Shown one piece after another: positions 34,445 to 43,644 of a stretch of DNA of 64,000 nt. The translations under genes and the position numbers were made by a program. The stretch is from a virus (taxonomy: Duplodnaviria > Caudoviricetes), in IMG/VR virus record IMGVR_UViG_2811995091_000080, positions 19,460 to 83,459 of that record, one strand, 5' to 3'. Within the stretch, counting starts at the first letter, position 1. Each line of letters begins with the position of its first letter. Under the pieces are notes generated by a model that saw nothing but the letters and a program-made list of their open reading frames with translations, was not told the DNA's origin and ran no database searches.

Positions 34445-36117
34445 CGTTCACCGACCGCGCTAAGGCCTACGCCTTGGCTATCACGAAAGGCGAGATTGCC
34501 GCTTGCCGACTGGTTCGGCTTTCGTGCCAGCGGTTTCTAGACGACCTCGACCGTGGGGATTGGGAGTTCAAGCCCGAGCTGGTGGAGCGGGTCTGCGGCT
34601 TCGCGGAATTGATGCCGCACGTTAAGGGCAAGTGGGCGCGAACGCGAGAGTTCATCAAGCTTGAGGACTGGCAGGTCTTCATTCTCGCTTGCCTGTTCGG
34701 GTTTGTGGATCGCGATGGGCGGCGGCGGTTCCGCCAAGCCTACATCATGCTGCCGAGGAAGCAGGGTAAGTCAATTCTCGCTGCGGTGATCGGCCTCTAT
34801 ATGCTGACCCTCGACGGCGAAGCAGGTGCGGAGGTCTACTGCGGCGCGACTAGCGAGGCGCAGGCATGGGAAGTGTTCCGCCCCGCTAAGCAGATGGCGC
34901 AACAGGCAGGTGAAACTCCTGGCGAGTTCTTGGCGGAGTTCGACGCGGATGTTGCCGCGAAGTCGATCTACACAGCGGACGGATCTCGCTTTCAGCCGGT
35001 GATCGGCAAGCCGGGGGACGGTAGCTCCCCGCATTGTGCGATCATTGACGAATACCACGAACACGACACGCCCGACCAGTTCGACACGATGCTGACCGGC
35101 ATGGGCGCTCGCGAGCAACCGCTGGCGCTGGTGATTACTACAGCGGGCGATAACGTTGGTGGCCCCTGCCACGACATGCAGAAGTTTGCCGAGGATGTAC
35201 TGGAGGGCGTCATCGGAGACGATCAGTTCTTCGGTATCATCTACACGATAGACAAGACCGACGACTGGCGCGACTTCGATGTTTGGAAGAAGGCCAACCC
35301 GAACCTTGGCGTCTCGATCTTCGAGGACTTTCTGAGGGCGCGGCACCAAGAGGCGATCAACCGGCCCTCAAAGCAGGGCATCAACCTGACGAAGCACCTC
35401 AACGTATGGGTTTCCTCGCGCGACGCCTGGTTGAATATGTCCGACTGGCAGGCTTGCGCTGACGGTGGGTTGACGCTGGAAGAGATGGCAGGGTGTGAGG
35501 CATGGATCGGCCTCGACCTTGCAACGAAGGTAGACGTTGCCGCGCTGGTCGCAAAGATCAGGATGGCAGACGGGCGCTTTGCCTACTGGCCGTTCTTCTA
35601 CCTGCCGGAAGCGCAGGTTCTAGAAGGCAAGTCAAAGAACTCGGCGGCGTATGGCGGTTGGGCGGCATCGGGCCACCTGAACCTGACGCCGGGGGACGCA
35701 ACAGATTTTGAGTATGTGGCCGAAGACATTCGGAAGCTGGCGAAGCTTCTGGATGTGCAGGCTTTAGGCTTCGACCCTTATCAGGGTCATCATCTTTCAC
35801 AGCAGCTTATGAGTGAAGGGCTGCCGGTTATCGAATACCCGATGCAGACGCGCACTCTGTCCCCGCCAATGCGGGAGATGGAGGCGGCGATTGCGGCGAA
35901 GAGGCGTGTTCACCCCGGCAACCCGATGTTCGACTGGATGGCTTCCAACGTTACGGCGAAGGAAGACGGGCGCGGCAATATCTATCCGCGCAAACCGCAC
36001 GGGCAGGACCACCTGAAGATCGACGGAATAACGGCTGCGCTGATGGCGGAGGGACTGAGCATGGAAGAAACCGAAGGCCGCTCCGTTTATGAAGAACGCG
36101 GGATCTTGGTGTTCTGA
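34441..36117 (+). CDS. terL: Terminase large subunit
   Basis: Walker A PRKQGKS, Walker B IIDEYH, IGLDLA and KIDG nuclease motifs. Confidence 0.97.
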   Translation: MTFTDRAKAYALAITKGEIAACRLVRLSCQRFLDDLDRGDWEFKPELVERVCGFAELMPHVKGKWARTREFIKLEDWQVFILACLFGFVDRDGRRRFRQAYIMLPRKQGKSILAAVIGLYMLTLDGEAGAEVYCGATSEAQAWEVFRPAKQMAQQAGETPGEFLAEFDADVAAKSIYTADGSRFQPVIGKPGDGSSPHCAIIDEYHEHDTPDQFDTMLTGMGAREQPLALVITTAGDNVGGPCHDMQKFAEDVLEGVIGDDQFFGIIYTIDKTDDWRDFDVWKKANPNLGVSIFEDFLRARHQEAINRPSKQGINLTKHLNVWVSSRDAWLNMSDWQACADGGLTLEEMAGCEAWIGLDLATKVDVAALVAKIRMADGRFAYWPFFYLPEAQVLEGKSKNSAAYGGWAASGHLNLTPGDATDFEYVAEDIRKLAKLLDVQALGFDPYQGHHLSQQLMSEGLPVIEYPMQTRTLSPPMREMEAAIAAKRRVHPGNPMFDWMASNVTAKEDGRGNIYPRKPHGQDHLKIDGITAALMAEGLSMEETEGRSVYEERGILVF

Positions 36118-37385
36118 TGGGCTTTCTAACGTTCATCTCGGACTGGATTGACCCGCCTAGCGTCGAACCTACGGCAGTTGCGCCTGCGGTCCCGGTGCAG
36201 GCTTATTCGGTGATCGACCTCGCGAGCGATGCTGGCCTAGAGGACTTCCTGCGCAACGGTAGCGGCAACCTTGCTGGGGCCACGATGAACCGCAAGACCG
36301 TGATGCGGAACACCGCTGTTAAGCGCAGCGTCAACCTCATCTCGAATGTCATGGGTATGCTGCCCCTGCACCTTTTGCAGAAGGCCGATGGAGGGGATGA
36401 CAAGAAGGCCCGCGATCACGCGCTGTTCGAGATCCTTGCCGACAAGACGAACACGCAGCAGGACGCTTTTCAGTTCCGCCGCCTTGTGCAGCGTTGGGCG
36501 CTGGTCGATGGCAATGGCTATGCCGAAGTGTTGCGCTCGCGCGGACGTATTACCGGATTGATGCCGATACACCCTAGCAAGGTGCAAAAGCGCGAGAACT
36601 GGGGCGACCCGTACAAAGTCAACAACTCCAACGGCGGCACGCGGGTTATCGCGCCCGAGAATATGTTCCACCTTATGGGTGACAGCGACGATGGCCTTAA
36701 CGGCATCTCGCTGCTGGACGAGGCTGCGGATGCGTTGGGTCTTGCGCTCCAAGCGGACAAGGCGGCAGCACGGCTGTTCAAGCACGGCGCGCTAATTCGC
36801 GATGTGCTGTCCAAAGAGGGCAAACTCAGCCCCGAGGCAATCGCCAATCTGAAGGCCAGCCTTGGCGATGAATACGGCGGTTCGGACAACGCCAACCGCA
36901 CCTTGGTTCTCGAAGAGGGCCTTAAATACCAATCCGTGCAGGCGAACGCGAAGGACAGCCAGCACCTAGAAACCCGCGACCACCAGATCGAGGAAATCGC
37001 CCGCGTGTTCGGGATGCCGCGCCCGTTCCTGATGATGGACGATACAAGCTGGGGCAGCGGGATCGAGCAGCTTGGCATCTACTTCACAACCTACACGCTC
37101 GCGCCGTGGCTCAAAGCTTGGGAATCGGCAATCAGCCGCATTCTCCTGACCAACGAAGAGCGCCGAAGCGGGCTTTATCCGAAGTTCAATGAGCGTGCCT
37201 TGCTGCGCGGTTCGATGGCCGACCAGGCCGAGTTCTTTAGCAAGATGATGGGTTCCGGCGGCTCGCCGCAGATCATGGAACAGAATGAGGCTCGGGCGCT
37301 GCTCGACCTTCCCGAGCACCCGGAAGGTTCCGGGCTTAACAGCGGCGCAGTCAATGGAGGTGGCGACAATGCCCCGACCGAATAA
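36117..37385 (+). CDS. HK97-family portal protein
   Basis: GNGY, GISLL, LEEGLKYQ, EIARVFG.P, YTL.PW. Confidence 0.95.
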   Translation: MGFLTFISDWIDPPSVEPTAVAPAVPVQAYSVIDLASDAGLEDFLRNGSGNLAGATMNRKTVMRNTAVKRSVNLISNVMGMLPLHLLQKADGGDDKKARDHALFEILADKTNTQQDAFQFRRLVQRWALVDGNGYAEVLRSRGRITGLMPIHPSKVQKRENWGDPYKVNNSNGGTRVIAPENMFHLMGDSDDGLNGISLLDEAADALGLALQADKAAARLFKHGALIRDVLSKEGKLSPEAIANLKASLGDEYGGSDNANRTLVLEEGLKYQSVQANAKDSQHLETRDHQIEEIARVFGMPRPFLMMDDTSWGSGIEQLGIYFTTYTLAPWLKAWESAISRILLTNEERRSGLYPKFNERALLRGSMADQAEFFSKMMGSGGSPQIMEQNEARALLDLPEHPEGSGLNSGAVNGGGDNAPTE

Positions 37386-38202
37386 GATCCGTCTCAACAC
37401 CAGCCGGAAGGTCACGGCCCTCACTAGCGAGGGGGCGCTTGATCGCTGGCAGCCTGCCATTCAGGCGGCAGTCGAGGATGACAACACGATTAGCGTTTAT
37501 GACGTTATCGGTGAGGACTTCTGGACCGGCGAAGGCGTGACGGTGAAGCGGATCGACGCGGCCCTTCGCAAGATCGGCAACCGTGACGTTGTGGTCAATA
37601 TCAACAGCCCCGGCGGCGATGTCTTCGAGGGGATCGCAATCTACAATCGCCTGCGCGAGCATCCGGCGAAGGTGCAGGTAAAGGTGATGGGCCTGGCTGC
37701 TTCCGCCGCCTCGATTATCGCGATGGCCGGTGATGAGGTGCAGATTGGCGAAGCGTCCTTCCTGATGATCCATAACGCTTGGGTCATGGCGGTAGGCAAC
37801 CAGTTTGACCTGCGCGAAGTCGCTGACTTCCTTGCACCGTTCGATGAGGCCCTGCGCGATGTTTACGTGCAGCGAACCGGCACCGACGCAAGCGAGGTTG
37901 AGGCCATGATGAAGGCTGAAACCTGGATTAGCGGCAAGAAGGCTGTCGAAACCGGCTTTGCCGACACGCTGCTGAGCGCGGATGAAACCAAGCAAGTCGA
38001 GAATGCGGCTAACCCGCAGATCAATGCCTTGCGCCGCGCTGAAGCCAATCTTTGCAAGGAAATGCCCCGCTCGGCGGCGCGTGACCTGCTCAACCAGATC
38101 AAGGGCAAGCAAGACGCTGCCCCTGACCCCGCCACGCAGGACGCTGGCGACCCTGAACTGTCCACCGCCCTTGCTGGGTTGCTGGATACCATTCGGGCCT
38201 AG
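37369..38202 (+). CDS. ClpP-like (S14) prohead protease
   Basis: INSPGGDVFEG.AIYN, AASAAS, MIHN, ETW. Confidence 0.93.
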   Translation: MPRPNKIRLNTSRKVTALTSEGALDRWQPAIQAAVEDDNTISVYDVIGEDFWTGEGVTVKRIDAALRKIGNRDVVVNINSPGGDVFEGIAIYNRLREHPAKVQVKVMGLAASAASIIAMAGDEVQIGEASFLMIHNAWVMAVGNQFDLREVADFLAPFDEALRDVYVQRTGTDASEVEAMMKAETWISGKKAVETGFADTLLSADETKQVENAANPQINALRRAEANLCKEMPRSAARDLLNQIKGKQDAAPDPATQDAGDPELSTALAGLLDTIRA

Positions 38203-38231
38203 CGCCCATTTTTACGACAGGAAGTAACACA

Positions 38232-39479
38232 ATGACTAAGATGATCGCTGGCGCGGGTCTTGCCGCCCTCGCCGCTAACGCTCCGCGTGGCCTTGTTGCC
38301 ATGCCCCGTGCCGAAGCCAACGACCCGAAGGCTCTGGTCGCTCAGCTCAACAACGCCTTTGAAGAGTTCAAGGCCGCTCAGGACGAGAAGCTTGCCTCCA
38401 AGGCAGACGATGTTGTCCTGAACGAGAAGGTTGACCGCCTCAACAACGCAATGTCGGACATTGAGGCTGCGCTGAACGAGAAGATCGCCGCTGCGCAGAC
38501 CGTCAGCCCGCAGGGTGACATGAAGCCGACGGACCCCGAATACCTCAACGCCTTTAAGGCGCACATGCGTAAGGGTGATGTGCAGGCTGCCATGACCGTT
38601 GGCACCGACGCGGATGGTGGCTACCTCGCTCCGGTCGAGTGGGATCGCACCGTTACCAATGCGCTGAAGCAGCGTTCGCCCATCCGCGACAATGCCCAGG
38701 TCATCACGATCAGCGGAACCGGCTTTAGCCGCGTTTACAATGATGGTGTGGTCGGTAGTGGCTGGGTCGGTGAAACCGCCGCCCGTCCCGAGACCTCCAC
38801 TCCGGGCCTGTCCACCCTCAACTTCGAGACCGGCGAACTCTACGCTAACCCTGCTATTTCGCAGAAGGCGCTGGATGACGTTGCAATCGACCTTGAAGGC
38901 TGGATTCGTGACGAGGTTTCGGGCGAGTTCGCCATTCAGGAAAACATCGCTTTCCTGAGCGGCAACGGCACGAACAAGCCGTTCGGCATCCTCACCTACG
39001 TCACGGGCGCGACCAACGCTGCGAAGCACCCGTTCGGCGCTATCGAAGCCGTGGACGGCACCGGCACCTCGCTGACTGACAGCGATGACCTGCTGAACGT
39101 CATCTACGACCTGCCGAGCGAGCGCAACGGCAACGCCAAGTGGTATATGAACCGCACCACGCTGGGCGTCATTCGCTCGCTGAAGGATGGCGATGGGAAC
39201 TACCTGTGGCAGCCTTCGTATCAGGCTGACCAGCCCTCTTCGCTCGCCGGTTATTCGGTGATCGAGGTTCCGGGTATGCCCGACATCGGCGCAAGCGCGG
39301 TTCCGGCTCTGTTCGGTGATATGGCGATGACCTATCTGGTTGTCGATCGCGTGGGCCTTCGCGTCCTGCGTGACCCGTTCACCAACAAGCCGTTCGTCCA
39401 CTTCTACACGACCAAGCGCGTCGGTGGCGGGGTCCAGAACCCCGAATACATGCGCGCTCTGAAGATGGCCGCTTCGTAA
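38232..39479 (+). CDS. HK97-fold major capsid protein
   Basis: DGGYLAP.E, WVGET, GNG.NKP.GI, YLWQP, R.GG. Confidence 0.96.
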   Translation: MTKMIAGAGLAALAANAPRGLVAMPRAEANDPKALVAQLNNAFEEFKAAQDEKLASKADDVVLNEKVDRLNNAMSDIEAALNEKIAAAQTVSPQGDMKPTDPEYLNAFKAHMRKGDVQAAMTVGTDADGGYLAPVEWDRTVTNALKQRSPIRDNAQVITISGTGFSRVYNDGVVGSGWVGETAARPETSTPGLSTLNFETGELYANPAISQKALDDVAIDLEGWIRDEVSGEFAIQENIAFLSGNGTNKPFGILTYVTGATNAAKHPFGAIEAVDGTGTSLTDSDDLLNVIYDLPSERNGNAKWYMNRTTLGVIRSLKDGDGNYLWQPSYQADQPSSLAGYSVIEVPGMPDIGASAVPALFGDMAMTYLVVDRVGLRVLRDPFTNKPFVHFYTTKRVGGGVQNPEYMRALKMAAS

Positions 39480-39530
39480 GAACTGGCGGGAGGGTTTCGG
39501 CCCTCCCCCAACCCCTTTGGGAGAATACCA

Positions 39531-39743
39531 ATGACCAAGAAGAAAGACGGCGAGATGGAAGCTTCGGGCGCTATCATCGCGAAAGAAGACAAGGCAATCG
39601 ACACCAGCCATCCGGCGGTCGATGCCAACCCGCGCCAGGGCGACGACCTTCCGCCCGAGGCCAATCAGATCGACTTCAACGTTCCTTCGGCGCAGAAGCC
39701 TGCCAAGGAAGCTGTTGCGGACAACCTGAAGGCGCAGGACTAA
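39531..39743 (+). CDS. Hypothetical protein after capsid
   Basis: RBS GGAG; follows a UUCG hairpin at 39488..39507. Confidence 0.6.
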   Translation: MTKKKDGEMEASGAIIAKEDKAIDTSHPAVDANPRQGDDLPPEANQIDFNVPSAQKPAKEAVADNLKAQD

Positions 39744-39768
39744 GCGTGCGGCGGCGGAGGGCGCAACG

Positions 39769-40311
39769 ATGACTTACAACCTTCGCCGCCTCACCCCTAT
39801 TGCTGGTGAGGATGTGTTGCCGCTCGCTGATGCGAAGCTGTCCGCGCATATCACCAGCGACGACGAGGACACTGTGCTTGCGGGCTTCCGTGATGCTGCG
39901 TTGTCGGAAGTCGAGAAGCTATCCGGCTATGCAGTAGATGGCGGGCAATTCGTATGGGAGCAGCCCCGCTTCGGTCGGCACAATGTCCTGCCGGTTCGCG
40001 GTGCGACCTCGATTGATAGCGTGGCCTATATGGGCACCGATGGCGTTAGCGCGAGCTATGCGGACGCGCGGCTAGTCAACGGCGCAGCTTATCCCGCTGT
40101 CGGTGGATCTTGGCCCACGGCCTACGGCTCGGCAGCAATTACCTTCACGGTGGACGCCGCACCGGCTGACAAGCTGGCGCTGCTGATTATCGCGGCGCAG
40201 CTAAAGTTTCAGGTCTTCGAGAACCGAGGGCGCGACGACGCCAAGTATATCGAAGGCATCGAGATGGCGATTGCCTCCACTCTCAATTCGATCCGTGGCG
40301 ACGCGCTGTGA
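39769..40311 (+). CDS. Head-tail connector (gp6-like)
   Basis: LADAKL..HI..DDED..A...E. Confidence 0.8.
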   Translation: MTYNLRRLTPIAGEDVLPLADAKLSAHITSDDEDTVLAGFRDAALSEVEKLSGYAVDGGQFVWEQPRFGRHNVLPVRGATSIDSVAYMGTDGVSASYADARLVNGAAYPAVGGSWPTAYGSAAITFTVDAAPADKLALLIIAAQLKFQVFENRGRDDAKYIEGIEMAIASTLNSIRGDAL

Positions 40312-40631
40312 CCGCAGGACGTAGGGACAAGCTTGTGACGCTGGAGCGGTTCACCTCGACCCAGAACGACTACGGCGAAGAGGTTGAGACTTGGGCTGCT
40401 ATCGGCACCGAATGGGCAGCGGTTTACTACGGCAAGGGAAGCGAGCGTCGGCAGGCTGCAATGGAACAGGGAAGCCAGCCCGCTAACTTCCAGTTCCTAT
40501 CGAACGCGCAGACACGGGGGCTGACGCTAAAGGACCGCATTGAGCATAACGGGAGCTGGGATATTGTCGGGATCAGCCCCGATACGCCCGAGCGCGGATT
40601 GCTAGAGGTTACGGCAGTTCGTGCAGCCTAG
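40308..40631 (+). CDS. Head closure / adaptor (SPP1 gp16-like)
   Basis: AGRRDK.V.LE..T..Q.DYGE...W...WA. Confidence 0.85.
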   Translation: MTAGRRDKLVTLERFTSTQNDYGEEVETWAAIGTEWAAVYYGKGSERRQAAMEQGSQPANFQFLSNAQTRGLTLKDRIEHNGSWDIVGISPDTPERGLLEVTAVRAA

Positions 40632-40948
40632 GCGCAACGCTCGAGGGCTGAGCGATAAGGGATAAGCCCGTTCACCCTCCACACCTTGCCCGCGCCATCG
40701 TTTGCAATGGTGATGAACAGCGTTGTGGCATTTTCCTGCACGAAGGTAACTGTCGTTTCGCTCTCGTCTTGAAGGACTGAGGGCGCACCAATCTTCGACA
40801 CGCTTTCGGAGATGCACTGGGCAACGCGCATCGGTGGCTTGGCGGTCTGGAAGGTATGGACTGGCGGACGGGTGCGCAGGTCTGAAGCGGTTGTCGTGCA
40901 AGCTGTAATACTGGCGGCTGCGAATAGTGCGAGTGCGGTTCTTTTCAT
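40628..40948 (-). CDS. Antisense lipoprotein moron (superinfection-exclusion candidate)
   Basis: Signal peptide with lipobox ITAC, two further Cys; opposite strand within the structural operon. Confidence 0.7.
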   Translation of the reverse strand: MKRTALALFAAASITACTTTASDLRTRPPVHTFQTAKPPMRVAQCISESVSKIGAPSVLQDESETTVTFVQENATTLFITIANDGAGKVWRVNGLIPYRSALERCA

Positions 40949-41002
40949 GGCCCAGCAATAGCGGCCAAGTTTAGCAAAAAGTCAAGCAGAGGGGTTTCAG
41001 CG

Positions 41003-41194
41003 ATGACGCGAGTTAGAACCTTGCAGTGGCATCGTAATGTCCACGGCGAACACAACCGGGGCGACGAATACAACCACGACCGCCCCGCGACCGATATTCA
41101 GTTCGGCTACGTCGAGGAAGTAACGGCAGAGACGGAATCCTTCGAGCCTTTCCAGCCCTTCGGGGACGAAGAAGGCGAAGCGGAACCCGAATGA
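41003..41194 (+). CDS. Hypothetical 63-aa acidic protein
   Basis: Coupled to next gene. Confidence 0.5.
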   Translation: MTRVRTLQWHRNVHGEHNRGDEYNHDRPATDIQFGYVEEVTAETESFEPFQPFGDEEGEAEPE

Positions 41195-41592
41195 GGTTCC
41201 ACCTTGATGGCGTCGAAGATGCCCTGCGCAATCTTGAGGCTATCGAAGAGGCGGTATCTGACCGCGAATTGCAGGCGGATGGCCTAGAGGCGCTAGAGCC
41301 GGTGGTAAAGGACGCACAAAGCCTTGCCCCGGTCGATCAGGGCGACCTGCGCGACAGCATCGAGGCAACGGTATTTGAAGATGGTTCGGTCGGGGTAATT
41401 ATCCGCGACTGGAAGGGGCATTTCTTCGAGTTCGGCACCGTCCATATGCGGGCCACCCCGATGCTTATGCCCGCGTGGGATGCGAACGTTAGCGAGGTGA
41501 GTAACGCCTTTGCTGATCGCATCCGCGCTCGCATCGAGGGCGCACCTCGCGTCAACCGCAGCCGCACGGCTCTAAGGACTGAGGGGCTGTAA
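41191..41592 (+). CDS. HK97 gp10-like tail completion protein
   Basis: APVDQGDLRDSI, FFEFGTV.M.A.P.L.PA. Confidence 0.88.
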   Translation: MRFHLDGVEDALRNLEAIEEAVSDRELQADGLEALEPVVKDAQSLAPVDQGDLRDSIEATVFEDGSVGVIIRDWKGHFFEFGTVHMRATPMLMPAWDANVSEVSNAFADRIRARIEGAPRVNRSRTALRTEGL

Positions 41593-42003
41593 ATGGAAAA
41601 AGACCTTCAAGACCGCCTGCGGGATGCACTTAGCGGGACTTTAGGCGAAGCATTTAACCGCCCCGCCGTCGATTGGAACGAACGCAAGAGCAACGACCGC
41701 AGCGCCTTCCCGGCCATCGTCCTGACGACCGTTTCGCCGGGGCATGACTATGTGCAGGGCGGCACGGACGCACTGAAGCAGCCGCGCATTCGGGCTGAGA
41801 TATTCGACCTCACCCCGCTGAGCGTCAAGGCAACCAAAACGGCGGTCATCGAAGAGATGGAAACCAGCGCCAGCCAAGGCGCTACCCAGTTTAGCAAATC
41901 ACGCCTCGCCTTCGAGCGGGACACGGACCCCGAGGACCTTCCGGGGGGATTGAAGGTCTTTCGGACGATACTCGACTTCTTCGTCCCTCACTCTCCACTT
42001 TAG
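41593..42003 (+). CDS. Tail terminator (DUF3168-like)
   Basis: Synteny; FPAIVL..VS motif. Confidence 0.7.
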   Translation: MEKDLQDRLRDALSGTLGEAFNRPAVDWNERKSNDRSAFPAIVLTTVSPGHDYVQGGTDALKQPRIRAEIFDLTPLSVKATKTAVIEEMETSASQGATQFSKSRLAFERDTDPEDLPGGLKVFRTILDFFVPHSPL

Positions 42004-42015
42004 AGGATAAACACC

Positions 42016-42468
42016 ATGCCTGATTACGTCGAAGGCGTCGTCGCCATCGAAGAAGAGCTGCACCTTACGGACGGCTCGGGAACTCTCACTCAAATCCTTG
42101 GCCTGAAGGGCATCAAGGAACCCAGCTTCACGCTCGATGAGGTCGAAGACACCGACATGGCCAGCGGCGGGGTTAAGGACTACGTTGCCGGTCTGGGCGA
42201 CTGGACGCTTTTCGAGGCGACCATCAAGCACCGCCCCGGCAGCGACGAGCATGTCCTGATCGAAGAGCATCTGCTGAGCCGCGAACGGCGCGCCTTCAAG
42301 ATCGTTCTGCGCGCGGACAATGACGGCTCGACGGTCGAAGGAACCGGCGAAATCCTGCTGCTGGCTTATGACAAGCCGAACCGCGCACCGGGCGCTGTTG
42401 TGGACGCAACCCTTCGCGGTCGCGTGCGCCAATACACCGAGGGCGCAGTAACGGCACCGGGTTCGTAA
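42016..42468 (+). CDS. Tail tube protein, copy B
   Basis: I.EP...DEVE.T.M.S..KDY..GL.D. Confidence 0.8.
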   Translation: MPDYVEGVVAIEEELHLTDGSGTLTQILGLKGIKEPSFTLDEVEDTDMASGGVKDYVAGLGDWTLFEATIKHRPGSDEHVLIEEHLLSRERRAFKIVLRADNDGSTVEGTGEILLLAYDKPNRAPGAVVDATLRGRVRQYTEGAVTAPGS

Positions 42469-42469
42469 G

Positions 42470-42829
42470 ATGGGGAACCGTCTCGAAGGAACCGCGACGT
42501 TCGACTATGAGGGTCAGACCTACCGCCTGACCCTCAACAACCGCGTTCTGATGGATGCCGAGCGAGTGCTTGGTTATTCTTCGCTCGACGCGGCAGAAGA
42601 GGCGCGACAGGCGCTGGCAGTCGGGCGCAACCCGATGCTTCGCACTGTCGTCGCTATCTTTTACGGCGCGCTGCACCAGAACCACCCGGCTGTGACCGAG
42701 GACGAAGCTATCGACATGTTCATGGCTGACGATCCGGCACCGCAAACCGCGTTCAAGGAAATCCTCCTTGGCGTGGAACCGCCTAAGCCGGTGGGAAACG
42801 GACGCAAGAAGGCGGCAGCAAAGAAGTAG
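42470..42829 (+). CDS. Tail assembly chaperone (gpG-like), copy B
   Basis: Synteny; in-frame G-GGA-AAC at 42793..42799. Confidence 0.8.
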   Translation: MGNRLEGTATFDYEGQTYRLTLNNRVLMDAERVLGYSSLDAAEEARQALAVGRNPMLRTVVAIFYGALHQNHPAVTEDEAIDMFMADDPAPQTAFKEILLGVEPPKPVGNGRKKAAAKK

Positions 42830-43161
42830 CGTGGGACTGGGAGGGAATCTTCCGGTCCTACCGACAGGCTGGTTACGCGCGGGGCGACTTCTTTGAGGAA
42901 ACCCCGCGCTCGACCATCCTTGCCCTACAGGGGGCAAAAGAGCGGGCGCAAAGCGAGCTTCGCAACGTCATCACGGGATCGTGGCTGAATGGTCGCCTTT
43001 CGGGGATGATCGACCCTGACAAATACCCGTCGCTCGAAGAAATGCTTGGCGAAGAGCCGGAGCCGGAAGCGGAGCCGGAACCCGGTGCGGAGCATGTTGG
43101 GGCAAAGCTATGGGTAATGTGGCTTAACAAGAAGCAGCCTAAAGCCCCGTCTCATTCGTAG
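42793..43161 (+). CDS. gpT-like -1 frameshift extension, copy B
   Basis: -1 frame open to TAG 43159..43161; '...AGYARGDFFEETPRS...' gpT-like motif. Confidence 0.7.
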   Translation, partial: GKRTQEGGSKEVAWDWEGIFRSYRQAGYARGDFFEETPRSTILALQGAKERAQSELRNVITGSWLNGRLSGMIDPDKYPSLEEMLGEEPEPEAEPEPGAEHVGAKLWVMWLNKKQPKAPSHS

Positions 43162-43591
43162 GCGCTATGGGGGTATATAGCAGGAAGCATTGGCCGTAAC
43201 CGTTGGACACCCGCACGCGAAGATTGCGTTCTGTGCTGACGTATTCAGAGCGGCCAGCGCGGCTGTATATCCCGTCTATCTCCCGTTCGATCACCTCGCA
43301 GGCTTCGGGGGCCTCGGGGTGCAGCCGGATAGCTGACAAACCGCCTGAGAGCGGTGAGAAATAGAACTGGGTCCTAAACGTCATTCCCGACGCAGAATAG
43401 GTGCCTTCCGCGCCTAATTCTTGGCCCCTTACTTGATCGCCGCGCAGGCCCCTGACGCTTGCCGCATTGCCTTGTGCGGCTGACACTACCTGCTCCGGGG
43501 ACATGCCCCATTGAGCGTATTGCCAATCCGCGCTGGCGGGGGCGGCAAGCGAAATAAGCGCGGCGGTCAAGGCGAGGTGTGTGGGTCTCAT
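43139..43591 (-). CDS. Antisense secreted protein moron (150 aa)
   Basis: Sec signal peptide ending APASA; 'WGMSPEQV' motif; two Cys. Confidence 0.65.
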   Translation of the reverse strand: MRPTHLALTAALISLAAPASADWQYAQWGMSPEQVVSAAQGNAASVRGLRGDQVRGQELGAEGTYSASGMTFRTQFYFSPLSGGLSAIRLHPEAPEACEVIEREIDGIYSRAGRSEYVSTERNLRVRVSNGYGQCFLLYTPIAPTNETGL

Positions 43592-43644
43592 GCCTGCCGA
43601 ATACATCAAAACGAACCAACAATCCAGAACAGGGAGCTTGCCCG

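Noticed and set aside
38199-39611. 470-aa minus-strand ORF opposite the major capsid gene (also 7567..8934, 1651..2712, 2832..3584, 37351..38112 and similar)
   Set aside because: Antisense shadows of GC-rich genes with strong codon bias; no RBS and no recognisable motifs.
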